Of a stretch of 64,000 bases of DNA, positions 27,842 through 37,289 are shown in pieces (the first letter of the stretch is position 1; every line of letters starts with the position of its first letter). Source of the stretch: a virus (lineage: Duplodnaviria; Heunggongvirae; Uroviricota; Caudoviricetes). The notes beneath the pieces are model-generated. The model saw only the letters and a list, made by a program, of their open reading frames with translations. It was not told the origin of the DNA and did not search any database. The stretch covers positions 368,711-432,710 of IMG/VR virus record IMGVR_UViG_3300015615_000629; one strand, written 5' to 3'. A program made the position numbers and the translations under genes.

Positions 27842-28143
27842 ATTATGAGCAATTAATGGAAGAATGGCATGAAGATGTGAAATATCATTCTTCTTACCAC
27901 CAGATATGCAAGCATGAAAACCATAAGAAACTACTTGATGTAGGCAAAGATTTATTACCTTATCTATTTGAATGCCTAGAAGCGGATAAATATATTCATC
28001 AATGCTTTATTTTGCTTCCACAATTAACGGGTTGGTCGCCGGAACATAAGTCGTTGGGTGTTGGAACTTGGGTTGCTATAGATGTTCCCCAAACTCGCCT
28101 TAATTGGTTGGAATGGGGAAGACAGCATGGATACATCCAATAA
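27838..28143 (+). CDS. hypothetical protein
   Basis: ATGA-coupled to nadE. Confidence 0.6.
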   Translation: MNYEQLMEEWHEDVKYHSSYHQICKHENHKKLLDVGKDLLPYLFECLEADKYIHQCFILLPQLTGWSPEHKSLGVGTWVAIDVPQTRLNWLEWGRQHGYIQ

Positions 28144-28390
28144 CCCATACGAAGCCCCGAATTTTTATGATCTCCCTAAGTTTCCCGCCTATGATTTAAT
28201 TCTAAATTTTGGCATGATTTCATGTGTGCTCATTTCTGTTATTTCTGTCTTTATCCTTACAGAAATTGGTTTGCCGCTCTGTTTTAGACATATTTTATTT
28301 TATGTGTGGATTATATCTTCCGTTGTAGGTCTAGTTTCGGCTGTGTTTGTCATTTTTAAGTCTTCTATTGGATTGTTTAAAAATGGATAA
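28127..28390 (+). CDS. membrane protein with NPYEAP motif
   Basis: MDTSNNPYEAPNF followed by two TM helices. Confidence 0.65.
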   Translation: MDTSNNPYEAPNFYDLPKFPAYDLILNFGMISCVLISVISVFILTEIGLPLCFRHILFYVWIISSVVGLVSAVFVIFKSSIGLFKNG

Positions 28391-28595
28391 TCCCTACGAA
28401 GCCCCAAATTTCAATGATACTCCCAAACTAAATTTTACTCCTTTTTACTATTTAGCACATATTTTTGTTTGTCTTCTTGCAATTGCGTTTCTCTTATATC
28501 TGGATATTGCTTTAGAAGTCATCATGCTGGGTTTGGCAATTACTTGGGTTATTCAAGTTTCGTGTCTTGTTTTCGCTTTATTAGATGATAAATGA
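28383..28595 (+). CDS. membrane protein with NPYEAP motif (paralog)
   Basis: MDNPYEAPNF followed by two TM helices. Confidence 0.65.
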   Translation: MDNPYEAPNFNDTPKLNFTPFYYLAHIFVCLLAIAFLLYLDIALEVIMLGLAITWVIQVSCLVFALLDDK

Positions 28596-28605
28596 AAGGT
28601 GGTTG

Positions 28606-29178
28606 ATGAAAGTTTGTCTCTACGGCGGTGCGTTTGACCCTGTAACTAATGGGCATCTAGAAATTGCCACATTGGCTTCAAAATATTGCGATGAAGTATG
28701 GGCGATCCCTGCTTACGATCACCACTTCAAAAGCAACATGTCAGATTTTGGCACCCGATTCAAACTCTCAAAAATCGGTTTTTCTTCCTTGCCATTCGTC
28801 AAAGTTGAAGCCCTTCAAGACAACGGTTCAACCTATCGGCTAATGAATGTCCTTTATCGCCGATTCCCCGATATTGATTTTCGCTTTGTTATTGGACAAG
28901 ACAATGCAGATACGATACAATCCTGGGATCACCATATGGATTTATTGAAAACCACAAAATTCCTTGTCATCCATCGTGTCGGAATGCCAAAGCAAGAAAA
29001 TGCTTGGTATCTAACAGAACCACATATCTATGTGCAAGAATCTGGAATAAATTCTGAGGTAAGTTCAAGATTGGTGCGAGGTTTAATATCGACTGAACCT
29101 CACAAAGCGGCCGATTTAGTTCCAACACCCGTTTTTGAATACATTCAAGCGAATAAATTGTATACAATACGTTCCTGA
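28606..29178 (+). CDS. nadD: nicotinate-nucleotide adenylyltransferase
   Basis: YGGAFDPVTNGHL, IGQDN, VSSRLVR, VPTPVFEYI...LY. Confidence 0.9.
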   Translation: MKVCLYGGAFDPVTNGHLEIATLASKYCDEVWAIPAYDHHFKSNMSDFGTRFKLSKIGFSSLPFVKVEALQDNGSTYRLMNVLYRRFPDIDFRFVIGQDNADTIQSWDHHMDLLKTTKFLVIHRVGMPKQENAWYLTEPHIYVQESGINSEVSSRLVRGLISTEPHKAADLVPTPVFEYIQANKLYTIRS

Positions 29179-29196
29179 ACAGAGAAGGAATTTTGC

Positions 29197-29391
29197 ATGT
29201 CAAGAGAAGCGTTCAGTGACTTTTTAAGAGATGTTCGTAGTCGTCTTTCGGAAGAAATTAAAAACGAAGACGACTACGGCCCAGAAGAAGTCGAATTATT
29301 CCGCCAACTTTTAGATTTGGCTTCCTTTACACATGGAACAATTGATGGAAAGAAACACCGAAATAGAAATAAGAACGTTTCCACCCCGTAA
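29197..29391 (+). CDS. hypothetical protein
   Basis: GAAGGA SD. Confidence 0.5.
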   Translation: MSREAFSDFLRDVRSRLSEEIKNEDDYGPEEVELFRQLLDLASFTHGTIDGKKHRNRNKNVSTP

Positions 29392-29827
29392 ACGAACAAT
29401 TTTGGTTAACTGGACAAACAACTGGACAAACAAAGACGTTCAATCTTATTGTGTTGGTTTTCCTCAAACGCATTTCCTCTATCTAAATAGAGGCCGCCTT
29501 AGAAACTATCTTTATCTTTTCTTTGAAAAAGATAAAGAAATCTTCTTTCCTTTTCTTCCAAACACAATTTTGGGTTGGGTTTGTGTTGGCTGTGTTGGCA
29601 CCATAGAACAGGCTTTGGATTCCTTTTGGAATATTCCCTTTGGAAATTCTCTCCTTGATGTAGAGGAAAGGACTTTTTTTCTAAATGATATCCGCTCGCA
29701 AAAGATTAATATGCGTAGTCTAGACGAAGAAATGAAGAGATACCCGAAATGGCGGCATCATTTTGGGAGCGATTTTGAAGAAAATGCTACTTTTGCACTT
29801 GATGCCATAAAAAAGCATATAAAATGA
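29345..29827 (+). CDS. prokaryotic E2 family D-like protein
   Basis: P.RKRTI, VGFPQTHF, LYLFF, LPNT..GWVCVG, FWNIPF. Confidence 0.55.
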   Translation: MERNTEIEIRTFPPRKRTILVNWTNNWTNKDVQSYCVGFPQTHFLYLNRGRLRNYLYLFFEKDKEIFFPFLPNTILGWVCVGCVGTIEQALDSFWNIPFGNSLLDVEERTFFLNDIRSQKINMRSLDEEMKRYPKWRHHFGSDFEENATFALDAIKKHIK

Positions 29828-30090
29828 TCGCCTTCAATAAACACATAGAAAAGCCAAAAGAAATCGTTGCCAAGAGCAATAATTGGAATTGGTTGTTGTG
29901 TGGCGTAATTATCATTTTGTCAATCAATTCTATAAGAATGATGTCGGCGATGAACCGAGGGAATGCCGCCTTGGAACAAGCAATTCAAAATCAATATAGG
30001 TTGCTTGTGAAATACGAAGGCTGGCAGTGGAAAGGTAACACGGCAATCCCAGGGCCAGCAGATGAACATAAAAACCTTCCCAGCACGTAA
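29824..30090 (+). CDS. single-TM hypothetical protein
   Basis: WLLCGVIIILSI segment. Confidence 0.55.
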   Translation: MIAFNKHIEKPKEIVAKSNNWNWLLCGVIIILSINSIRMMSAMNRGNAALEQAIQNQYRLLVKYEGWQWKGNTAIPGPADEHKNLPST

Positions 30091-30541
30091 AAGAACCATC
30101 ACCTCTTTTTATTTAAAAGAAATTAAGAATCGTGGCAATAACGGTGTCTTTATACAAGAATATTTTTACGAGAAAGGTTCTTTTTATATAGATTTTCCAA
30201 AATCGCACTTTATCAAAGAAACAGGTGACTTGTATCTATTTTTTGAAATAGACAATGATATTTTTGTTCCTGTTATGTCCAATGTATTCGCGGGATACGT
30301 TTGTCTGCCCGTTACAGATTCGCTTGAAGAAGCGATAGACCTATTTTGGAAGACCCCTTTTGATGGTAAAGCATATTTGGATACTCGCGAAAGATTTGAC
30401 TTCGCAGATCAACTCCACCAGGGAAAAGTGGAATACATTAGCATTAATGAATGCAGGGAAACATGTTGGGATAAAATGTCCTCAGAGCATGTCACAAATT
30501 TTGAATATATTGTAGCCACCCTAAGAAATAAGATAAAATGA
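30062..30541 (+). CDS. prokaryotic E2 family D-like protein
   Basis: PARKRTI, IDFPKSHF, LYLFF, MSNV.AGYVCLP, FWKTPF. Confidence 0.55.
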   Translation: MNIKTFPARKRTITSFYLKEIKNRGNNGVFIQEYFYEKGSFYIDFPKSHFIKETGDLYLFFEIDNDIFVPVMSNVFAGYVCLPVTDSLEEAIDLFWKTPFDGKAYLDTRERFDFADQLHQGKVEYISINECRETCWDKMSSEHVTNFEYIVATLRNKIK

Positions 30542-30546
30542 CAGAA

Positions 30547-31050
30547 TTACCTCTTCGGGCCAGTTTTGAGTTTTATTCCCTTTAATTTCTCCATCCTTTT
30601 GTCGGGCTTGTCTTTAAGGGAATGCATAAGGTTTCTCAATTCTGTCGTAATCTCTGCGGCTGAACTTCCCTTGCACTTTTGGCTTGATTGAATCGATACG
30701 CTCCTGCGATCTTTGTTATAAAAGCCCTTTGAGATTATAAAGCTTCCACCATCGTGATCCGGATTGAAGCTAATTAGACCAATCCATTCACCATCATCCC
30801 AGTTTCTACTGGAAACCAGCATTCGGATGGGTTTTTCTTCATAAATCTGTTTAACGTGGTAGCCGTTTTGCTTTAAAGCCGCTCCCACAAATCCCAAACA
30901 GATTTTGGCAAAAGACTCCGCTATTTCCGGCAAAGAACTTCGGAAATTTACCTCTACGCTGTACCGAGAGGTAGATTCTGTAAGTAACTGATTAAGATCA
31001 GTTTGCTCAGTTATTGATTTAAATATGTCATTCCAGGCTTTAAAGTCCAT
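30547..31050 (-). CDS. hypothetical protein with capsid-targeting-like N-terminus
   Basis: MDFKAWND...TE start; CTAAATAA upstream. Confidence 0.65.
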   Translation of the reverse strand: MDFKAWNDIFKSITEQTDLNQLLTESTSRYSVEVNFRSSLPEIAESFAKICLGFVGAALKQNGYHVKQIYEEKPIRMLVSSRNWDDGEWIGLISFNPDHDGGSFIISKGFYNKDRRSVSIQSSQKCKGSSAAEITTELRNLMHSLKDKPDKRMEKLKGIKLKTGPKR

Positions 31051-31053
31051 TAC

Positions 31054-32697
31054 TTAGTTATTTAGGTCCAATCGCCAACGTTTTTTGCCACAATCCCATA
31101 TTCTTGCTAGGCCATTTTGAGCTGCCCACTCTCGTTCTGTAAGACCTGGAGGACAGTTAGTCAAAGCCTTTCTTTGGGATTGCTTTGAATGTCTTCTAGT
31201 TGGTTTATGAAAATTTACATAACAATAATCTTCACGAAGTTCTTCCTCTAATACAAAACCCAACTTGTCGTATATTGTACCGAGACTCCACCTGTTATCA
31301 CTCCAAGATATTATGGAATTGTATCCGTTTTGAATAGCCCATTCTTTACAATATTTTAATAGTTTACTGGCTCCCCCAACGACTTGTACACCATTTTTAA
31401 AAAACAACCTGTCCAGGGTTAATTTTTTGTTTCTTGGATGTCTTCCTAAAGACATACCCCCTATTATCTCGTTTTTATAGACTAAACAATAGAAAACGAG
31501 TCCTAAGTTATTCGAACCTTGAAGATGATATTTCTCACAAAAAATGTTAAAATCCTTTCTAGTAGATTCTACTATAGAACATTTTCTTGCAAATATTCTA
31601 TTACTAAATATTTTTAGATTAGATAGTAGAATATTTTTACATTGTTCTTGTCTTTTTTTCCATTCATCTTCGAATATGGTTATTAGTTGAATGCCTGATT
31701 CTTTGCAAATGCGATATTTTTCATAGTGATACTTTCTGTCTCTTGGCTCTAACGATAATTCATTGTGCCAAAACAACCCACAATATTCTATTCCCAAATT
31801 TAAATTTTCGTCAAACATATCGAGTTGTTTTGTTTTTAATATCTTATAACTTGATTTGAAATTAAATCCGTGAGAATTCAACCAATCCTGAATTTCTATT
31901 TGTGTTCTGCCATATTTTTGATTCTCTTTTAGACATAGAGTGCTTGGCACCCCATATTTTCTCAAACACGTCTCTTCGTATCTTTTTTTAAATTCAGCCG
32001 ACTGTGCGTAGTTTTCGACTCCATACCTTTCTAAATTGGTATTCTTAAATTTGGTTATAACGTCTTTGTTTTGATGCGGATGCTCAAATCCATATTTTTC
32101 TAGACATGTTTCTTTTCTTTGCTGCCAATACTCATCTGTCTGGCTATAGTTTTTTTTCCCATACCTTTCCAGGCATGTTTCATCTCTTTTGTGTAAAACT
32201 TTCTTGTTTTGCATTGGGCTCTCGTTGCCATATTTTTCAAGAGATGTTTTTTTATATTTTTCTAAAAAGTCTTCCGCTTGGGCATAATTTTTAACTCCAT
32301 ACTTTTCCGAACAAGTTTTGCGCTGTTTTTCTTTGATTTCTTCACATTGTAGTGGTGATTCGACTCCATACTGCTCTAAAAGTTTTTTCTTACGTTTATT
32401 TTTGAAGTCTTCGCTGGAATAATATTCTTCTGTACCGTATTTTTCTAAATTTGTAGATTTTTGCTTCTCTTTAAAAGACGTAGAAGTGAAGATGCATTTC
32501 GACCCAACAGTTTTTAGATTGACATCTTCTTGTTTGGCTTTTGTGCAATTTTTTGAACCGCAACTGTCTTTATCTATAATCTTGTTTAGGCGTGGTATAC
32601 TTTTCTTTACCCTATAAAATTCTTCGCCGCAATAGTCACATTTAAGCAAAACTTTTGTGCGAATTGTACATTGATCATAATTTTCTTGAAGTATCAT
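31054..32697 (-). mobile_element. free-standing homing-endonuclease-like gene with (T)xL[EK][KR]YG repeats
   Basis: Zn ribbon CDYC, about 9 repeats of TxLEKYG, Vsr/DUF559-like QLDMF...GIEYCGLFWH...ITIFEDEW, C-terminal GGASKLL...SWSD.RWS...DCG. Confidence 0.75.
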
Positions 32698-32740
32698 GTA
32701 GAAAATGTATTTTGTCTAATTGTATATGTCAAGATGTAAT

Positions 32741-33631
32741 TTAGCCGAAACTTATAGGAAGTATTTCGCCAAATCTGGTAATTAAGTCTTCTTTCCACTT
32801 TTCTCGTTCCTGCTGAGCTTCTTGCAACAAGGCTAGGCCGTCTAATTGAAGCGGGGAGCCCCCAGGGCCTGGAATGTTTTGAATTCTAGAACGAATACGT
32901 CCAACTATCTCCTTGGCATATGAAAGAGCACCCTCCTGCATTGCCTGATTTACCTCTGTCCAGTCTTTATTTCTCTGAAGGTACTTTACAATCACCATTT
33001 GAACATTATATGGAACTGGATAAATCTTGATGTTTGAATAGTCTCCAACCCACTCCCAACCACCGAGACTAGAACTAAGCCGAGAATACATTTGCTCGTA
33101 TTGCTTATAAAGCGTCCATTCCCCCATTCTTCCCCAAATCGGCTGTACGGGATCGATTAATCCGCCTTGAATCGAGGCGTAAGCCCCACCTGGATAGAAA
33201 TACTCTACAGGGATTGCTCCCTGTAAATCTGTCGATTGAAAAGCAAATTGGGGAACCTGTCTATAAGCAACTTGCCTTACGAATCCTATATCGTCTGGCA
33301 TTTTGTAAACACTGACACCAGGGACAGTCCTAAATGTATGATAGCTGAAGAATTCTGCGGGTGCGTAACTTTCAAACACCATCATGGCTTGATCGACGCA
33401 AAAATCTATATTTTGTTCGTCAAGTTCCAGGTCAAGAACGGGAGCACCGAGCATATTTAGGATATATTCTCTTATTTGAGCCTTAACTTTTCCCCTATTT
33501 GGGCGTGGCCCCGTCTTTTTGTCCACGGAACCCGTCGAACTCACTTCGCTACAGGTAGTCGAACATTGAGCCGAATTAAACCCATTTTGGCTAGGTCTGT
33601 TAATAATTAATGTGTCATTTCCGCAACCCAT
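32741..33631 (-). CDS. neck protein (T4 gp13-like)
   Basis: YILNMLGAPVLDLELDEQNIDFCVDQA; AKEIVGRIRSR...PG.G...LDG. Confidence 0.85.
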   Translation of the reverse strand: MGCGNDTLIINRPSQNGFNSAQCSTTCSEVSSTGSVDKKTGPRPNRGKVKAQIREYILNMLGAPVLDLELDEQNIDFCVDQAMMVFESYAPAEFFSYHTFRTVPGVSVYKMPDDIGFVRQVAYRQVPQFAFQSTDLQGAIPVEYFYPGGAYASIQGGLIDPVQPIWGRMGEWTLYKQYEQMYSRLSSSLGGWEWVGDYSNIKIYPVPYNVQMVIVKYLQRNKDWTEVNQAMQEGALSYAKEIVGRIRSRIQNIPGPGGSPLQLDGLALLQEAQQEREKWKEDLITRFGEILPISFG

Positions 33632-33756
33632 ACCGTATATATGGTTATGGATTGGCTAAAACAAAAATGGCTTTCTCTACAAATTATAACTATATTAATT
33701 TGGAGATATATTTTGGAGTCTTTTAAAGCAGTATTTGAATGGTTGAAGGATTAAAA

Positions 33757-36363
33757 ATGCTATCAAATTTTGAATTATATTTGAAAGAAAACTACCTTTA
33801 TCAGGAAATGGCTATTGAGGGAGATGTTCCCAAAACGCCGGTTCTCTTTAATGAAGATGACATCCGTTATCTTTATCAATTTCCTCCCAAATTCTGGATT
33901 CAGGCTTTAAAAGCACGTTACAACAACTTGCTATTAAGTTACAAAGAGCGTCAAGAAAAAGGACAAGAGATACCTGAAAAAGATGGAGTCAAGATTCAAT
34001 CTGGAAACAAAACATATGTTTTTCCGGTGAAAACGGGCATGAAAAAGCTCATCGATAGACTTGAAAAAGACTTTGATGTAGAAGGATTCTCGACTTTACA
34101 CCCGCACGAGCATGACAAATATCAAACCAGAGAAAAAAACGGTTTGCATGGATTTCCTTTGAATCAAAGGACCGTATCACCACACAACAGAGAAGAATGG
34201 TTTTCCAGTGGTTATGTTCCCCTTAAATACCACACCAAAAGCAAAGACAATCCAGAGGTAGGCGGAAACTCAAGTGCTGCAAGAACTCTTAGAAATTGGG
34301 AAGATATGTCTCAAGAAGGTTGGCTTGGCGATATAGCTCCAAACATGAAAGAATTCGATAAAAAAGCTAAGCACGCAGCCCCTCCGGAGTATCTACAAAA
34401 ATTAGGTTTTAACAGTTCAGATGGTACTATTAATTGGAAGTATTATTTGGTGGATTATGAGCATCGAAATGCTGAAGGTAAGCCAAGTTTAATTGCTCAA
34501 AACGAGTCTGGACATGTGCCGATTCTTTTGCCTGGAAAATTGATTAATTCTGCTTCGATGAGACAATACAACAAGAAGATTAAGGAGGCAGAAGAGGCAG
34601 AGGGCAGCGGTCAAAAAGAGAAGGGACAGGCTTTAAGACAAGAGGCAGAACAGATGAAAAAAGACGCTGCCAGACACGATGAATTCGCGTGGAATGTCCA
34701 TCGCCATAATTCAGCGAAGGATGCCGAAGGAAAGCCGATGTATTCCTCTCTGCATGGGAGAGTCAACACAGCAGGCGGTTTTAACCCAAATAAGGGATCA
34801 GCCGAGTCTTCTGTTCTAGAGAATCCAGAAGAGCAGGAAAAAGCATCTCAATTGTTAGCCAAATATCTTTTAGGCGACAAATACGAAGCAAGTAAAGATG
34901 CACATTACGTACTAGGACAAGATAGTAAAAGAACTCAACATGCCTTGGACAGTTTAAAGCATGAAATAGATACTGCCCGCTCAAGGGGTGACGCTGATAC
35001 CGCCAAACGTCTTGAAAAGGAACTAGAACAAACAAAATTAGGAAAATGGGTTCGTGGCGGCCCAATTCGTGATGGACTTCAAACATTCTTAAGAAAAGAC
35101 ATTTACGGAACACCTGAAGAAAAGGTTTTAAGTGGCTTATTTGATGACTTGGTGCAACAGGCCGCTATGGAAATCTTTACTAAAACAAAGGTTAAAGGGA
35201 TACGTGAATTCGTCGATTATCTATTAGGCAAAAATGACGATCCAAATTCCTACAAGAAATTTTATCAAGTTGTAAATGCCTTGGCTAGAGATTATGGCCG
35301 CAGAGCGGCCCAATTAGATTTTGGTCGTGGAACTAGAAGATTAAGAAAATCTCAATCAATGGTTCTTCGTCCCGAAGTTCATTCTTTATTCCAGTCTCTT
35401 GGCAATGAAGAAGGCGTATCAATGGTTGATTTGATTAAATCTTACGTAAGCCCTTCTGAACTAGGAGCAGCGGAAAGAGGACATGGAGCCAGAACTTCTT
35501 TAAGGAAGACTGGCGGTATTTTCTCGGATGAAATGATTAGTTTTGGCCATCAAATTAAGGCCATGTTGGGTCGAATTAAAGCCGCCGATCAAGCCATGCG
35601 TTCTTCGAGAACCGGCGATGAAAAGGCCGTCAAGGATGACGTAGCCTTAAGAATCGGACTGTTTAATAAGTTGGTTGACCTTTATATTGCCAAACAAATG
35701 GTTGATAATTCCCCTTGGAATATGGCAACTGCTTATGATTTTGCCGACCAAGAAATGCGTAAAATTCTTGTCGGACACGGTATCGAAGTATCCAATGCAC
35801 CAACAGATTACCGATCTAAGGGTGAAATTGGAGAAAAAGAACTCGAAAATCAAAAGCAAGAAAAAGAAATGATTCTTAAGCAAAAAGAACAAATTGACTC
35901 TTTAATTGCTAATCCAAATAGGTTAAAGGAATTAAGGGCTCAAGCAGACGCCACCCAAGACCCCAAAGAGAAAGAAAGATTAGGTCATATTATTCAAATT
36001 GCAGAAAAAGGTGCCGCAGACCGAGAAGCCGAACAAAATCCTATGGCTATGGCTGCCCGTGTAAGCGGACAACCCACGCAACAACAAACCCAAGACGTAG
36101 AGGCTCAAGCAGGTCAAGCACAACAAGATGTTGTAAGAAGATTAAGTTTAAATCCGTTGCAGTTAGCTCAAGCCAAAAGAGATGTTGAAAAGATCGACGA
36201 GCCAGACAAAAGAGCGACCTGGACAGCAATTATTGCTAAAGCCGAGGAAGAAGCTGCCCGTAGAAAGGCTCAACAAGCCCCAATGCAGCAGCCACCAGTT
36301 GCTCCAAAACCAGTCTATACGCCAGGAGCATCGCCATTAAGCCGCTTTAGGAAGCCTCAATGA
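33757..36363 (+). CDS. large hypothetical protein, possible internal virion protein
   Basis: MLSNFELYLKE start; helical, Q/A-rich C-terminus. Confidence 0.6.
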   Translation: MLSNFELYLKENYLYQEMAIEGDVPKTPVLFNEDDIRYLYQFPPKFWIQALKARYNNLLLSYKERQEKGQEIPEKDGVKIQSGNKTYVFPVKTGMKKLIDRLEKDFDVEGFSTLHPHEHDKYQTREKNGLHGFPLNQRTVSPHNREEWFSSGYVPLKYHTKSKDNPEVGGNSSAARTLRNWEDMSQEGWLGDIAPNMKEFDKKAKHAAPPEYLQKLGFNSSDGTINWKYYLVDYEHRNAEGKPSLIAQNESGHVPILLPGKLINSASMRQYNKKIKEAEEAEGSGQKEKGQALRQEAEQMKKDAARHDEFAWNVHRHNSAKDAEGKPMYSSLHGRVNTAGGFNPNKGSAESSVLENPEEQEKASQLLAKYLLGDKYEASKDAHYVLGQDSKRTQHALDSLKHEIDTARSRGDADTAKRLEKELEQTKLGKWVRGGPIRDGLQTFLRKDIYGTPEEKVLSGLFDDLVQQAAMEIFTKTKVKGIREFVDYLLGKNDDPNSYKKFYQVVNALARDYGRRAAQLDFGRGTRRLRKSQSMVLRPEVHSLFQSLGNEEGVSMVDLIKSYVSPSELGAAERGHGARTSLRKTGGIFSDEMISFGHQIKAMLGRIKAADQAMRSSRTGDEKAVKDDVALRIGLFNKLVDLYIAKQMVDNSPWNMATAYDFADQEMRKILVGHGIEVSNAPTDYRSKGEIGEKELENQKQEKEMILKQKEQIDSLIANPNRLKELRAQADATQDPKEKERLGHIIQIAEKGAADREAEQNPMAMAARVSGQPTQQQTQDVEAQAGQAQQDVVRRLSLNPLQLAQAKRDVEKIDEPDKRATWTAIIAKAEEEAARRKAQQAPMQQPPVAPKPVYTPGASPLSRFRKPQ

Positions 36364-36521
36364 ACTTCAAAAAATGGTTAGAAATGTGTGGCACAGGGGC
36401 AATTTACGACCCGAAAGTCAAACCTAAAGATTTTAATTGGTGGGGAGCCGTTGGAAAACAGGCGGTTTCTCCTAAGAAAGGCCCAATCAATGCGAGCAGG
36501 AAACATAACAACAAATCCTAA
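36360..36521 (+). CDS. 53 aa protein with capsid-targeting-like N-terminus
   Basis: Hand translation MNFKKWLEMCGTGAIYDPKVKPKDFNWWGAVGKQAVSPKKGPINASRKHNNKS; ATGA-coupled. Confidence 0.7.
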   Translation: MNFKKWLEMCGTGAIYDPKVKPKDFNWWGAVGKQAVSPKKGPINASRKHNNKS

Positions 36522-36762
36522 CTCAGCTACTATTAAAAAGTATATTTTTGAGATGATAAAAGAAAACTTCCAAGAGAATGAAGAAATCATCGAACGAATC
36601 TGCCATTCTTTGTTCCTCAACAAGGACTTAGAAGCATTTGCTAAATTGATTGCCACAACTTACCAAGCTGGTTTTAGTTCTGCTATCGACCAACAAACAG
36701 AACAACTTAAAAAGGCCGGAATAGAATTCAAAGTCATTCAGAAAAGTCATAGTTCTCATTAG
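36490..36762 (+). CDS. hypothetical protein
   Basis: Internal start preferred over 36388; exact start uncertain. Confidence 0.55.
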   Translation: MRAGNITTNPNSATIKKYIFEMIKENFQENEEIIERICHSLFLNKDLEAFAKLIATTYQAGFSSAIDQQTEQLKKAGIEFKVIQKSHSSH

Positions 36763-37252
36763 TAATTGATGCTTCGATAAAGAACCTATCTTCTGATTTT
36801 AATATCTTGTTTATCTTCCACCAACGAAAGCCCTTATATGGGAAAATTACACTCCCTACCGTAGGTTCATTATTTTCCGTTATCATGCGTATACTAAAAT
36901 CATTTTCTTCTACGATTTTGGCGTAGAATTTTAGTTTTTTATCGAATTCATAGGTGATGTAAACATCGCCGTAAAGAGGGTCTTTTTTCTCTACTTTTCT
37001 TGCTCTAAGACAATGAATTAAAGTCTTGTTTTCTGGTGGTTTTTCGACAATTTTTGGTGCGGGAGCAGCGTTTACTGGAGGTGGAATATCCGGTATAATT
37101 GCTTTTTTGGGAGCAGGTTCTTCGGCAATTGGTTTCCACTCGCAGTTATGTAGAACTATTTTTTCTTCCTGTATCCAAAAATCTTGGGTAGTTCCTAAAG
37201 GATTGGGGCTGTTTAGACGATAAGGCGTACCATCTTTTCTTTTAAGTGCCAT
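36734..37252 (-). CDS. hypothetical structural-region protein
   Basis: CTAAATAG upstream; N-terminus resembles that of the gp14-like protein. Confidence 0.6.
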   Translation of the reverse strand: MALKRKDGTPYRLNSPNPLGTTQDFWIQEEKIVLHNCEWKPIAEEPAPKKAIIPDIPPPVNAAPAPKIVEKPPENKTLIHCLRARKVEKKDPLYGDVYITYEFDKKLKFYAKIVEENDFSIRMITENNEPTVGSVIFPYKGFRWWKINKILKSEDRFFIEASITNENYDFSE

Positions 37253-37289
37253 ATGACCTATTTAGATGGCTTAGTTAATATATAGTTTC

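Noticed and set aside
22124-29178. Calling the NAD cluster NARP1 or NARP2
   Set aside because: No Prs-like Adps. The PRTase has PncB motifs and comes with PncA and NadE, which the amidated routes do not need.
31900-32560. Periodic repeats as a CRISPR array or DNA tandem repeat
   Set aside because: Repeats are degenerate at DNA level and conserved only as protein (TxLEKYG). There is no repeat-spacer structure or cas gene.
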